Shown: in pieces, positions 20,364 through 30,458 of the stretch
Numbering within the stretch: the first letter of the stretch is position 1
Layout: every line of letters begins with the position of its first letter
Source: an uncultured Candidatus Binatia bacterium
GTDB taxonomy: Bacteria > Desulfobacterota > Binatia > UBA9968 > JAJDTQ01
Length of the DNA: 64,000 bases
NCBI GenBank assembly: GCA_965242525.1
Contig: OZ251459.1
Span: forward strand, 96,001-160,000
Reading direction: 5' to 3'
Notes under the pieces: model-generated
The model's input: only the letters and a program-made list of their open reading frames with translations
The model's database searches: none
Told to the model about the DNA's origin: nothing
Program-made: the position numbers and the translations under genes

Positions 20364-21527
20364 TTACATCCTGCACTGGCCGGCATAGGCGTCCGCGTGG
20401 TCGGAGAACGCCTTGCCGATGATCCGGTTGGTCAGCACCTTGCCCTCGCGCACCACCTCCCGGACGTGGATGTCCTGGACGGGATGCTGGTTCGGGCCGA
20501 ACCGGAAGCTCCCTCGCACCGACTCGAAGTCGGCCTTGCGCAAGGCCGCCCGGAACGCGTCCTTGTCGGAGACCTTGCCGCCGGTGCTCGCGAGCGCTCC
20601 GGCGATGAGCCGAGCCGCGTCATAGCCCTGGCTGGCGTAGAGCGAGGGGAGGCGGTCGTATGCCTTTCGGAACCCGGACACGAACGCCTCGTTGGCCGGG
20701 ACGTCGATGTCCTTGTTCCACTGGGAGGAGTTGACCACCCCCAGGGCCGCGTCCCCCACCGCCCCGAGGATGGTCTGGTCGAAGGAGAAGGCGGGGCCGA
20801 ACAGCGGTATCTTCCCGGTGAGGCCCGCCTGGTGGTACTGCTTGATGAAGCTGATGCCCATGCCGCCGGGCAGGAAGAAGAACACCGCGTCCGGGTTGGC
20901 GCCGCGCAAGGCCGCGATCTCTGCGGCGTAGTCCTTCTGGCCCAGCTTGGTGTAGGTCTCCCCGGCCAACGAGCCGTCGTAGAAGCGCTTGAAGCCCCGC
21001 AGCGCGTCCTTTCCCGCGGGGTAGTTGGGGGCGAGGATGTAGGGGTTCCGGTACCCCTTCGCCTTCACGTACTGCCCCATGGCTTCGTGGAGGTTGTCGT
21101 TCTGCCACGCCACGTTGAAATAGTTCTCGTGGCAGTCCTTGCCCGCCAGCAGCGAGGGACCGGCGTTGGGGCTGATGTAGAAAACCCCCGCGCCCACCAC
21201 TTTCGGCACCACCGCGAGGGCGAGGTTGGACCAGATGATCCCCGTCACGATGTCCACCTCGTCGCGTTTCAGGAAGCGGTTGGCCACCTGCAGCGCCTTG
21301 CCCGACTTGCGGGCGTCGTCCTCCACCAGCAACTCCACGGGTGTTCCGCCGAGCTTGCCGCCTTCCTGGTCCACGGCCAGTTTGAAGCCGTCCCGCACCG
21401 CCACCCCGAGGGCGCTCCCGCCCCCGGAAAGTGTGGTGATCATGCCGACCTTTACCTGGGCCCCGAGCGTGGCCGGCGCGCCGGCCAGCAGGGCCACGGT
21501 GAGAAACGCCATCGTCCGCTTGCGCAT
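20364..21527 (-). CDS. Liv-type ABC transporter substrate-binding protein (aromatic-acid-binding-like)
   Basis: Signal peptide, KVGMITTLSG, SPNAGPS.LAG, APNYPAGKD. Start trimmed to MRKRT. Confidence 0.88.
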   Translation of the reverse strand: MRKRTMAFLTVALLAGAPATLGAQVKVGMITTLSGGGSALGVAVRDGFKLAVDQEGGKLGGTPVELLVEDDARKSGKALQVANRFLKRDEVDIVTGIIWSNLALAVVPKVVGAGVFYISPNAGPSLLAGKDCHENYFNVAWQNDNLHEAMGQYVKAKGYRNPYILAPNYPAGKDALRGFKRFYDGSLAGETYTKLGQKDYAAEIAALRGANPDAVFFFLPGGMGISFIKQYHQAGLTGKIPLFGPAFSFDQTILGAVGDAALGVVNSSQWNKDIDVPANEAFVSGFRKAYDRLPSLYASQGYDAARLIAGALASTGGKVSDKDAFRAALRKADFESVRGSFRFGPNQHPVQDIHVREVVREGKVLTNRIIGKAFSDHADAYAGQCRM

Positions 21528-21636
21528 CGGTAAGGGAACCCCCTGTGCAAAGAGTCCGGGGATCATACACTTGAGGCCGGTCCATCGTCAACACGACACA
21601 TGGCCATGGACGGGGAGACTTCCCTCGCCCTTCTTC

Positions 21637-21760
21637 CCCGTTCACATGGGACATGGAGGATGGGATTGCCCGCACCCTCTTTCCCGTTCACATGGGACAC
21701 GGAGGAAGGGATTTCTGCACCCTTTTCCCGTTCACATGAGCCATGGATGAGGGATTTCCC
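21637..21760. repeat. 3 x about 45-nt tandem repeat
   Basis: CCCGTTCACATGGGACATGGAGGATGGGATT-like units start at 21637, 21683 and 21727. Confidence 0.85.
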
Positions 21761-21780
21761 TCCCCCCTGACCTTCCACCC

Positions 21781-21823
21781 CCCGTTCGTCCTGAGCGTAG
21801 CGAAGCGAAGTCGAAGGACGCGC
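21781..21823. repeat. REP-like core repeat
   Basis: CCCGTTCGTCCTGAGCGTAGCGAAGCGAAGTCGAAGGACGCGC. Confidence 0.9.
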
Positions 21824-21872
21824 TCGTTCCTCTACCTGAGACCGCCGCCCTCGGACGGTCTGCCGGTGCGGC

Positions 21873-22892
21873 TCAGCTCGCCTCCCGGTAGAGGTCCAGG
21901 GCCTTCAGCACCGGGGCGTCGCTCATGGACAGGAGGACGGCGTCGGCGGACGCGGAGTGGGCGTGCTGGCGCCACAGGGGCACCACGAAAGAGTCGCCCT
22001 TTTGCCACCGGTACTCCCGGCCGCCGATGATGGTGGCGCCGGCGCCCTGATAGACGTGGTAGATGACCGTGCTCGTGTGCCGGTGGGCCGCGGTCTCGCG
22101 GCCGGGCTCCAGGAACTGCACGGCGCACTGGATGGTGGGCATGGTGGGGCCTCCGCTGACCGGGTTGCGGAACTCCAGGAGGTAGCCGTCGAAGGGGTCC
22201 CGGCCCTTGCGGCTGCGCCGGAGCCGCTCCAGGTCCCGCTCCGTGTCGGCCCACTTGTAGTGGAAGAACTCCCCGGGCGGCGCAGCGGCCGGGCGCGCGT
22301 GGCCGTAGAACCCCGTCACCTCGTCACTGGTCGCCTCCAGCGTCTGCCGCTCCTGGTGGTAGGGCTCGAAGAAGAGCTGGTGCAACGCCTGGGCGAGGGG
22401 GATGTCGAGGCCGTCGAGCCACAGTATGGGCTTGCCCGATTCGTTGACGTGGTCGTGCCAGGAGAGCTGCGGCGTCAGGATGAGGTCGCCCTCTTCCATC
22501 ACGCACTGCTGGCCGTTGACCGTGGTGTAGGCGTCCCGTCCCTGCAGGACGAAGCGAAAGGCCGCGGCCGAGTGGCGGTGGGTGCGGGCGTACTCTCCGT
22601 CCTTGACGTACTGGAACGACACGTGGATGGTGTGCGTGGTGCCGTGGCCGCCGGGGATGCCGGGGTTCAGCAGGCGCACGGTGCGCCGCTCGGCGTCTTC
22701 GAGGCTCACCACCTCGCCGGCCCGGAGCAGGCTCTCGTGGACGTCCGCCCAACGCCACAGGTGCGGCTGGACGCTGGTGACGGGGTAGGGGGGCAGGTCC
22801 TCCAACCCCAGGCTCCAATGGCCTTCGAGGCTCTTCTCGCCCATGTCGCGGTTGAGCTGTTCGATGGAATCGAGGATGCGTTCCCGTTTCAT
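21873..22892 (-). CDS. Gentisate 1,2-dioxygenase-like bicupin
   Basis: AERR...L.NPG, HRHSAAAFRF, TPQLSWHDH, WLDGLDIP, NP..GG..MPT, HRHT. Start MKRERI. Confidence 0.85.
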   Translation of the reverse strand: MKRERILDSIEQLNRDMGEKSLEGHWSLGLEDLPPYPVTSVQPHLWRWADVHESLLRAGEVVSLEDAERRTVRLLNPGIPGGHGTTHTIHVSFQYVKDGEYARTHRHSAAAFRFVLQGRDAYTTVNGQQCVMEEGDLILTPQLSWHDHVNESGKPILWLDGLDIPLAQALHQLFFEPYHQERQTLEATSDEVTGFYGHARPAAAPPGEFFHYKWADTERDLERLRRSRKGRDPFDGYLLEFRNPVSGGPTMPTIQCAVQFLEPGRETAAHRHTSTVIYHVYQGAGATIIGGREYRWQKGDSFVVPLWRQHAHSASADAVLLSMSDAPVLKALDLYREAS

Positions 22893-23055
22893 TCCGGTCT
22901 CCCTCCGCGCGTCGTCTTGAACCGGCCCGATAGCATACACCACCGGGGGGACAAGTGGAACGCGGGCCTTCCGCCGCCCCCTCGTCGTTGCAATTGCCGC
23001 GGCAGCCCGATATGTCATGGTCTCGTTCGCCCATCTCCCGACGCAAGGAAGCTCC

Positions 23056-24033
23056 ATGCTGGTAATCTCCGAAGAACAGGTTCGAGGCATCCTGGACATG
23101 GATGAGTTGATCTCCGCGCTGGAGCAGGCCCACGTCCAGTTCTCCACCGGCAAGGCGGTCATGCCGGTGCGCCTGGTGGTCCCGCTGCCGGAGGTCGGAG
23201 GGCGGATCACGAGCATGCCGGCGTTCCTGAGCGAAGGGAGCGCCCTGGGGATCAAGATCATCTCCTACTTCCGGGACAACCCGAGACGGGGACTGCCGCC
23301 CATCCTCGCCACCCTGTCGCTCTACAGCGCCGAGACCGGCAAGCTGCTGGCGCTGATGGACGGGACCTACCTCACCGCGGTCCGCACCGCGTGCGCCTCG
23401 GCCATGGCCACCAGGGTCCTGGCCCGGGCGGAGACGCCGGTGCTCGGAGTCCTGGGGGCGGGCACGCAGGCCCGGACCCACATCAGGGCCCTCGGCAGGG
23501 TGCGCGCCCTCCAACGGGTCCTCGTCTGGAGCCCGTCGGGCGTCAGCGCCATCTACGTGAAGGAGGAGCTGGAGGAGGAAGTGGGCTGCGAGATCCTTCC
23601 GCAGGAGTCCGTGGAGGCGGTGGTCCGAGAGGCGGACATCCTGGCCACGGTGACGGCCGCGTCCGAGCCCGTCCTGAAGGCCGAGTGGTTGCAGCCCGGC
23701 GCGCACGTCAACGCCGTCGGCTCCCACCGGCCCGACGCGCGGGAGCTGGGGAGCGACACGGTGCAACGGGCCGTGGTGGTGGTGGACTCCCGCGACGCCA
23801 TCCACTCCGAGTGCGGCGACATCCTGTTGGCCATGGAGGAAGGCGCCATCACCCGGGACCACATACGGGGCGAGATCGGCGAGGTGCTGGCCGGCGCCAA
23901 GCCGGGACGGACCGGCGACCGCGAGGTCACCCTGTACAAGTCGGTGGGCATCGCGGTCCAGGACGTGGCCGCGGCCGCCCTCGTGTACCGTCGGGCGCTG
24001 GAACAGGGGATCGGCACGGAAGTGGAGATCTAG
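23056..24033 (+). CDS. Ornithine cyclodeaminase/mu-crystallin family protein
   Basis: LTAVRTA..SA.AT, GVLGAGTQA, HVNAVGS, YKSVGIAVQD. Confidence 0.92.
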   Translation: MLVISEEQVRGILDMDELISALEQAHVQFSTGKAVMPVRLVVPLPEVGGRITSMPAFLSEGSALGIKIISYFRDNPRRGLPPILATLSLYSAETGKLLALMDGTYLTAVRTACASAMATRVLARAETPVLGVLGAGTQARTHIRALGRVRALQRVLVWSPSGVSAIYVKEELEEEVGCEILPQESVEAVVREADILATVTAASEPVLKAEWLQPGAHVNAVGSHRPDARELGSDTVQRAVVVVDSRDAIHSECGDILLAMEEGAITRDHIRGEIGEVLAGAKPGRTGDREVTLYKSVGIAVQDVAAAALVYRRALEQGIGTEVEI

Positions 24034-24076
24034 GACACCCGGCGCCTCCCCCGGCGGACGCGCCCGGACGAGTCCC

Positions 24077-25264
24077 ATGGACACGGCCCAGGTCAGGCAA
24101 CGGATCGAGGAACGGCTGGACGAAGCGGAGCTTCGGCGGCTGCTGGTGAGGCTGGTGCAGACGCCGAGCCCCCAGACCGAGCTGCTGGAAAGGGAGCCGC
24201 AGGTGCTGGCGCTCATCCGGGACGTGGTGCGGCCGGAGCTGGAGGCGGAAGGCGTCGCCGCGGCCATCGACGGCATGGGCAACCTCACCGCGCGCTTGCC
24301 GGGCGCGGGGAGGGCGCCGGGTCTGGCGCTGGTCTCGTACGCCATGAACGCTGCGCCCGGCACGATGCCGGATCCGTACTCGGGGAAGGTGGTCGATGGC
24401 GCGCCCCATGGCCTTGACGGCCCGTGCGTGTGGGGCCGGGGCGCATGCGAGCAGAAGGGGAGTCTGGCGGCCATGCTCATGGCGGTGAAGCTGGCGGCCC
24501 GGAGCGGACGGGAGCTTCCCGGAGACCTCTGTTTCGTCACCAGCACCGCGGGCGAGAGCGGCAAGCACGAGTCCCTGGACTACGTGCTGTCCCGCGGCGC
24601 GGTCACCGCGGAATGGGGCCTCATCGACGGCCCGCCCGAGATCCAGTTGGGCAACAAGGGCCGTATCGACGTGCGCGTCGTCGTGCGCGGGCGCCCGGCC
24701 CACAGCAGCCGGCCGTGGGACGGCCTGAACGCGGTGGACGGCGCGGTGCGGGTGCTGGAGCGGCTCGCGCCGCTGATGCCCCATCCCGAGGACAAGAGCC
24801 ATCCCCACCTGGGCCGGGCCTCGCTCACCCCCACTGCCATCGAGAGCTACCCCAAGGCGACCCACACGATCCCCGGCGAGTGCCGCATCCGGCTGGACCG
24901 CCGGCTGCTGCCCGGGGACGACGCCGACGCCGCGGTGCGACAGATTGCACAAGCCATCGGCGCCATGGATCCCTACGAGGTCGTCCTGGAAAAGGAAGAG
25001 TTCATGTATCCCTGCGAGGTGGGGAAGGATGCCGGCGTGGTGGAGGCTCTGGGCGGCGCCATCCGCGCCATGCTGGGACGGGAGCCGGAATACGGCTTCT
25101 CCACCGCGGCCAACGACACCGGGCTGCTCAACGTCCGGGGCATCGAGACCGTCAACTACGGCTCCCGGGCGGTGCGTTTCCAGCACACCGACAACGACTT
25201 GGTGCCGGTCAGGAGCGTGGTGGAGGCCGCCAAGGTGTTCGCGTTCATGGCGCTCCACCGATGA
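24077..25264 (+). CDS. M20/ArgE-DapE-like metallo-hydrolase with atypical metal ligands
   Basis: WGRGACEQKG, GRPAHSSRPWDGLNAV, IPGEC...DRRLLPG, NYG....H..ND.V. Confidence 0.85.
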   Translation: MDTAQVRQRIEERLDEAELRRLLVRLVQTPSPQTELLEREPQVLALIRDVVRPELEAEGVAAAIDGMGNLTARLPGAGRAPGLALVSYAMNAAPGTMPDPYSGKVVDGAPHGLDGPCVWGRGACEQKGSLAAMLMAVKLAARSGRELPGDLCFVTSTAGESGKHESLDYVLSRGAVTAEWGLIDGPPEIQLGNKGRIDVRVVVRGRPAHSSRPWDGLNAVDGAVRVLERLAPLMPHPEDKSHPHLGRASLTPTAIESYPKATHTIPGECRIRLDRRLLPGDDADAAVRQIAQAIGAMDPYEVVLEKEEFMYPCEVGKDAGVVEALGGAIRAMLGREPEYGFSTAANDTGLLNVRGIETVNYGSRAVRFQHTDNDLVPVRSVVEAAKVFAFMALHR

Positions 25265-25397
25265 AGCGGCGGCCGGACGCGGCGCCGGCAGGCGGGGCAC
25301 GGGGCCGGCGGCTCCGGTCCTGTGGGGTTTCCGGCGGGGTCTCGTCCGAGGCGGCTTCGTCAGGTTCGGACAGCCCGGGTTCAGGCAGCCAGGTTTA

Positions 25398-25509
25398 GGG
25401 AAACCCTGAACGATTGCCCCCGTTCGTCCTGAGCGTAGCGAAGCGAAGTCGAAGGACGCGCTTTTCCACAGGGAGAGGGAGTCCAAGCCGGAACGGAACA
25501 GACGTTCCT
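25398..25509. mobile_element. MITE-like element, subtype A
   Basis: GGGAAACCCTGAACGATT-core-...AACAGACGTTCCT. Homologous to 12974. Confidence 0.68.
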
Positions 25510-25535
25510 CATGCAATTCCACGGGAGGTTCGAGC

Positions 25536-26417
25536 ATGCCCATGACCGACGCAAAGTTCATCGACGTGGACGGAGTCCGTACGCGTTATTTCGAGAAGGG
25601 CGAAGGGGAGCCGCTGGTGCTGTGGCACGGCAGCCACTTCGGCACCGAGGACGCGTGCGACAGCGCGCTGGACTGGGAGCCCAACTTCGACGGGTTGGCC
25701 GAGTCGTTCCGGGTCATCGCGGTGGACAAGCTCGGCCAGGGGCACACGGACAACCCCAGGACCGACGACGACTACACGCCGGCCGCGGTGGTGGAGCACG
25801 CCTACGGTTTCCTCAAGGCCCTGGGCATCCGGCAGGCCCACGTGTGCGGCCATTCCCGGGGCGGCTTCGTGGTTGCGCGGCTGACGCTGCTGCATCCCGA
25901 GGCGGTCAAGTCGTGCATCATCGTGGACAGCGGCACCCTCTCTCCCGGACCCTCCCTCACCGAGCTGGTCATGGCGGACGCGCCCGAGCCGCGCCTCGGC
26001 CGGGAGAGCCAGCGGTGGGTCCTGGAGCGCTATTCCTACGGCACCGGGCACATCACGGAACGGTGGGTGGACGCCGCGGTGGAGATCGCCGAGTTGCCCA
26101 AGTACCGGGAATCCGTGCGCAAGATGAGCGGACAGGGACTGAAGGGGAAGCTGTTCATGCCGAACCTCATCCTCGACAAGGAGGAGTGCCTCCAGTGGAT
26201 GATGGAGGGCCGGCTCAAGACCCCCACCCTGGTGGTGTGGGGCTACAACGACCCCACGGCCCAGTACCGGCGGGGGCTGTCGCTGTTCGAGTTCGTGGCC
26301 AACAGCACGGAGAACGCGCAGATGCACGTCATCAACAAGGCAGGCCATTTCTGCTACCGGGAGCACCCCGGGCAGTTCAACCGGGCGGTCAAGGGGTTCA
26401 TCGAGAGCCTCGACTGA
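25536..26417 (+). CDS. Alpha/beta hydrolase (MhpC/BphD C-C hydrolase-like)
   Basis: LWHG, D.LGQG, GHSRGG nucleophile elbow, WGYND, AGHF. Confidence 0.88.
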   Translation: MPMTDAKFIDVDGVRTRYFEKGEGEPLVLWHGSHFGTEDACDSALDWEPNFDGLAESFRVIAVDKLGQGHTDNPRTDDDYTPAAVVEHAYGFLKALGIRQAHVCGHSRGGFVVARLTLLHPEAVKSCIIVDSGTLSPGPSLTELVMADAPEPRLGRESQRWVLERYSYGTGHITERWVDAAVEIAELPKYRESVRKMSGQGLKGKLFMPNLILDKEECLQWMMEGRLKTPTLVVWGYNDPTAQYRRGLSLFEFVANSTENAQMHVINKAGHFCYREHPGQFNRAVKGFIESLD

Positions 26418-26474
26418 CGCGCGCTTGGCGGACGCCGCAGGCGGGTCCCGTGGGCCGCGGGCGCGTCCGGTCCT

Positions 26475-27170
26475 TCAGAGGCGGAGCGGGACGGGTTCCT
26501 CCAGGGAGATGGCGCGGGTGGTGACCCGGGCCCGGTAGGGACAGACCTCGACGCCGGCCTCGACCGCACGGCGCAGCCAGCGCCCGTACTCGGGGTCGAT
26601 GTGGTCCGCGGGCCCGAAGCGGTCGCAGTCCCGCCGCTGGATCACGAACAGCAGCGCCGCCCGGTGGCCTTGGCGCCGCAGCCGCATGAGCTCTTTCAGG
26701 TGCTTGGTCCCGCGTTCGCTCACGGCGTCCGGAAAGAGGGCGGCCCGGTCCACTGCCAGGGTGACGTTCTTCACCTCCACGTAGCACCGCTCCCCGGGGT
26801 TCTCCAGCAGGAAGTCGAGCCGGGACCCCGGCGCGGTGCGCACCTCCGGCCGGAGTTGCTCGTAACCTTGCAGTTCCCGGACCGCGCCGGTCTCGATGCC
26901 CTCCCGGGCGAGCCGGTTGGCCGCCAGGGTGTTGATCCCCACCAGCGTTCGGCCCACCCGGATCAACTCCCAGGTGAAGGGCAGTTTCCGTCCCTTGCCC
27001 CGTTGTTCCGAGAGATAGACCCGGCTGCCCGGGGCGTTGCACCCGAGCATGCTGCCGGTGTTGGTGCAGTGGGCGGTCACCCGCGCGCCGTCGTCGAGCT
27101 CCACGTCTGCGAGGAAGCGCTTGTAGCGCCTGACGAGGATGCCGGGAACCAGCGGAGCGGGGAAACGCAT
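26475..27170 (-). CDS. sfsA: Sugar fermentation stimulation protein / nuclease SfsA
   Basis: RRYKRFLADV, AHC.NTGSM, SRLDFLL, YVEVKNVTL, FPDAVSERG.KHL.EL. Confidence 0.95.
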   Translation of the reverse strand: MRFPAPLVPGILVRRYKRFLADVELDDGARVTAHCTNTGSMLGCNAPGSRVYLSEQRGKGRKLPFTWELIRVGRTLVGINTLAANRLAREGIETGAVRELQGYEQLRPEVRTAPGSRLDFLLENPGERCYVEVKNVTLAVDRAALFPDAVSERGTKHLKELMRLRRQGHRAALLFVIQRRDCDRFGPADHIDPEYGRWLRRAVEAGVEVCPYRARVTTRAISLEEPVPLRL

Positions 27171-27300
27171 GGCGCTGTCGGTACGGGGAGGGGCGGCTTG
27201 CGGCGCTGCCGGGCGGCGTCCGTGCGGTCCGCGGACGACTTCCGGGGAGCGCGCCCGGGATGCGCGTCAGGGGGGAAGCCTCAGCGCGCCGCTGTCCGCT

Positions 27301-28170
27301 TCAGGCCTCGGCCCCGAGGCACCGTTGCGCGGCGCGGCGGAGCAGGACTCCGATGAGGTGGCGCTTGTACTCCGCGCTGCCTTCGCGGTCGTCCACCGGC
27401 GCGGCTTGGTCGGCGAGGGCGTTCGCGGCTTCCGCAAGGCGCTCGCCGACCGAGTCCGCGGGACCGGCCAGGAGGCTTTCCGCGGCCGCGGAGCGGCAGG
27501 GCCGGGGGCTCACGCAGCCCACCGCGCAACGGGCTTCCCGGATTTCCGCGCCGCCCTCGTCCAGTTCCAGGACCAGGGCGAGGCCCAGGAGCGGCCGCTC
27601 GTGGACCTGGAACTTGAGGTAGGCGGCGCGCTGCCCCGGCCCGGGCAGCGGCACTTCCACTCCGGTGAGGACCTCCTCCCGGCCGAGGGAGGTCTCGTAG
27701 GCTCCGGTCAGGAGCTCGTCCATGGCGAGGACGCGCTCCCCGGACCTTCCCTGGACCCGCGCCGCGGCTCCGAGGGCCAGCAGCAGGGTCGCCGGGTCGG
27801 AATGGGGCTCGGCAAAGCACAGGTTGCCGCCCAGGGTGCCGGCGGCGCGCACGCGCACGTTGGCCACGTTGGCTTCCATCTCGGCCATCACGGGCAGGGA
27901 CTCCCGCACCAGGGCCGAGCGCTCGATGTTCCGGTGGGTGGCCGCGGCGCCCAGGTGCAGGTGCGGGCCGCGGCGCTCGATGCCGTCCAGTCCCGGCACG
28001 GCCTTCACGTCGATGAGGTTCTCGTAGCGCAGCAGGTCATGCCGCATGGCCAGGAGGAGCTCGGTGCCGCCGGCGTAGAGGCTGGCGGTCTCGCCGTAGT
28101 GGTCGAGCATGGCCGCGGCCTCCTTCAGGTCCGCGGGCCGATGGATGGCGAAGCGCCGCAGCGGCATCAT
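27301..28170 (-). CDS. Xanthine dehydrogenase-family FAD-binding (medium) subunit
   Basis: AGGTELL, VR..GTLGGNL..AEP.SD, YKRHL. Start MMPLRR overlaps the upstream stop. Confidence 0.9.
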   Translation of the reverse strand: MMPLRRFAIHRPADLKEAAAMLDHYGETASLYAGGTELLLAMRHDLLRYENLIDVKAVPGLDGIERRGPHLHLGAAATHRNIERSALVRESLPVMAEMEANVANVRVRAAGTLGGNLCFAEPHSDPATLLLALGAAARVQGRSGERVLAMDELLTGAYETSLGREEVLTGVEVPLPGPGQRAAYLKFQVHERPLLGLALVLELDEGGAEIREARCAVGCVSPRPCRSAAAESLLAGPADSVGERLAEAANALADQAAPVDDREGSAEYKRHLIGVLLRRAAQRCLGAEA

Positions 28171-30458
28171 GGGCGGGTCCCTCCGCGGGCGTCGCGGATG
28201 GCGCGCCACACCTTTTCCGGCGTCAGCGGCGCCCGCCGCACCCGGGCGCCGGTGGCGCGGAAGACGGCGTTGGCGATGTTGGCGGGCAGGGAGTTGAGCG
28301 ACGCCTCGCCGCCGCCCTTGGCGCCGTAGGGTCCCACCCCGTCGCGGTTCTCCACCAGCTCCAGCTTCACCGACCGCGGCATGTCGGAGAAGCGGGGCAG
28401 GCGGTACTCCAGCAGGTTGCCGTTGAGGAGCTGGTTGCGGTCGAACACCAGTTCCTCGAACATGCCGATGCCCATGCCGGTGGTCGCGGCGCCGATGTCC
28501 TGGCCCTCGGCCAGGGCCGGGTTGATGGCCAGGCCCACGTCGCCGGCCGTGCCCAGGGTCTCCATGGTCACCTTGCCGGTCTCCTCGTCCACCGACACCT
28601 CCACTCCGGTGGAGGCGGCTTCCCAGAACACCGGCAACCGGGCGAAGTCCCCGTCCTTGCGGATGTAGGCGCGGCCGATGACCTCGCCGTCCGGCAGCCG
28701 GTAGTAGCGGGTCAGCACCTCGGACCAGTCCAGCCGCGCCTCCCCGCAGACGACGCCGCCCCGGACCGGGCGGATCTCGGACTCCTCGACCCCCAGCACG
28801 TCCGCGGCCATGCGGACCATCTGTTCCCTGGCCTCGCGGCTCGCTTCCTGCACCGCGCGCCCCATGAGCGTGGTGGTGCGGCTCGCGCCGGTGGATCGGT
28901 CGTAGGGCGTGATGGCCGTGTCCGACGACACCACCCGCACCTTGTCGAAGGGGACCCCGAGCTCCTCTGCGGCGATCTGGGGCAGCACCGTGTGGCTGCC
29001 CTGGCCCAGCTCGGTGCTGCCGATCATCAGCGAGACCGAGCCGTCCGCGTGCACGCGCACGGCCGTGGAGGTCAGCGGATAGGCGCCGGCGTCGCTGGCC
29101 GAGCACCCGATGGAGCGTCCGCGGCCCCGGGGCAGGGGCTCCTTCCAGCCGATGTTGTCGGCCACGATGCGCAGGTCCTCGGTGAGGGTGCCGTCGAACG
29201 GGCGCATGCCGGGGAAGAACTCCTGCTTCGGGCGCGCCACGTTGTCCATGCGGAACTCATAGGGATCCTTGCCGATCCGGGCCGCGAGCTCGTCGATCTG
29301 GGACTCTCCCGCCATGGTCACCTGGGCGCAGCCGAAACCCCGGAAGGAGCTGGCCGGCACCGTGTTGGTATAGACCGAGTAGTTGTCGATGCGGACGTTG
29401 GGGATGGAGTAGGGTCCCACGCAGCGGTTGGACGACTTCTCGCACACCAGCGGGCTGTTCTCCGCGTAGGCGCCGGTGTTCATGTAGATCTTCGCCTGGC
29501 GCGCGATGATCTTCCCGTCCGCGTCCACCGCGGTGCGCATCCACGTGAGCGCGTCGTCGCCCCGGGTGGTGAGCATGGCCTCTTCCACGCTGAGCTGGAG
29601 CTTGACCGGCCGGCGGGCCTTCCACGCGCACGCCGACGCCAGCGGCTCGACCTTGGTGTAGGACTTGCTGCCGTAGCCTCCCCCCACGAACGGCACGATG
29701 AGGCGGATCTGGCTCACCGGCAGGTCGAAGATGGTCTTCAGGTCGTGGCGCACCATGAACGGATGCTGGGCCGACGAGTAGATGGTCACGCCATCGTCGC
29801 CCACTTCGGCAATGGCCACGTAGGGCTCCATGGCGTAGGCGTAGGCCATGGGGAAGTAGTACTCGCCCTCCACCACCGCGGCCGCCCGGGCGAACGCCGC
29901 GTCCACGTCGCCCCACTCGACGTGGTGCTCCTGGCACAGGTTGGAGCCCCGGCCCGCGGTGACCTCGCCCTTGAAGCCCCGCAGCGCCCCGGCCTCGAAC
30001 TGCCGCTCGTGCAGCAGGGGCGCGGTCTTCTCCAGCGCCTCCCCGGGCTCCATGACCGCGGGCAGCTCCTCGTACTCCACCCGGATGAGTTCCAGCGCCT
30101 CGTAGGCGGTGATCTCGTCCACGGCGATGACCGCGGCCACGGGCTCGCCCGCGTACCGGACCTTGTCGATGGCGATGAGCGGGTGGTCCTTGACCGCGTG
30201 GCCGAAATAGGGGTTGAGCCCCTCCAGGCGGTCTCCCCGGAGCACGTCGTACACGCCGGCCCGGGCTTCGGCCCCGGACGTGTCCATGGAGACGATGCGG
30301 GCGTGGGCGTAGGGGCTCCGCAGCACCTTGGCGTAGGCCATGCCCGGCAGCTTGACGTCGCTCACGTAGAGCGCCCGGCCCGAGACCTTGGCCCGGCCGT
30401 CCCGGCGCGGCACCGAGCGGTTGACCACCTGGAAGTCGCGGCTGCCGTCGTCGCTCAT
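28167..30458 (-). CDS. Xanthine dehydrogenase-family molybdopterin-binding (large) subunit
   Basis: KV.G.A.YV.D, LRSPYAHARI, VGGGYGSK, SFRGFG, ELGQG, GAKGGGE. Lacks the CO dehydrogenase active-site loop. Confidence 0.92.
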   Translation of the reverse strand: MSDDGSRDFQVVNRSVPRRDGRAKVSGRALYVSDVKLPGMAYAKVLRSPYAHARIVSMDTSGAEARAGVYDVLRGDRLEGLNPYFGHAVKDHPLIAIDKVRYAGEPVAAVIAVDEITAYEALELIRVEYEELPAVMEPGEALEKTAPLLHERQFEAGALRGFKGEVTAGRGSNLCQEHHVEWGDVDAAFARAAAVVEGEYYFPMAYAYAMEPYVAIAEVGDDGVTIYSSAQHPFMVRHDLKTIFDLPVSQIRLIVPFVGGGYGSKSYTKVEPLASACAWKARRPVKLQLSVEEAMLTTRGDDALTWMRTAVDADGKIIARQAKIYMNTGAYAENSPLVCEKSSNRCVGPYSIPNVRIDNYSVYTNTVPASSFRGFGCAQVTMAGESQIDELAARIGKDPYEFRMDNVARPKQEFFPGMRPFDGTLTEDLRIVADNIGWKEPLPRGRGRSIGCSASDAGAYPLTSTAVRVHADGSVSLMIGSTELGQGSHTVLPQIAAEELGVPFDKVRVVSSDTAITPYDRSTGASRTTTLMGRAVQEASREAREQMVRMAADVLGVEESEIRPVRGGVVCGEARLDWSEVLTRYYRLPDGEVIGRAYIRKDGDFARLPVFWEAASTGVEVSVDEETGKVTMETLGTAGDVGLAINPALAEGQDIGAATTGMGIGMFEELVFDRNQLLNGNLLEYRLPRFSDMPRSVKLELVENRDGVGPYGAKGGGEASLNSLPANIANAVFRATGARVRRAPLTPEKVWRAIRDARGGTRP

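Noticed and set aside
21637-21760. About 45-nt repeats as a CRISPR array
   Set aside because: The intervening segments are short and similar to each other, so this is a tandem repeat.
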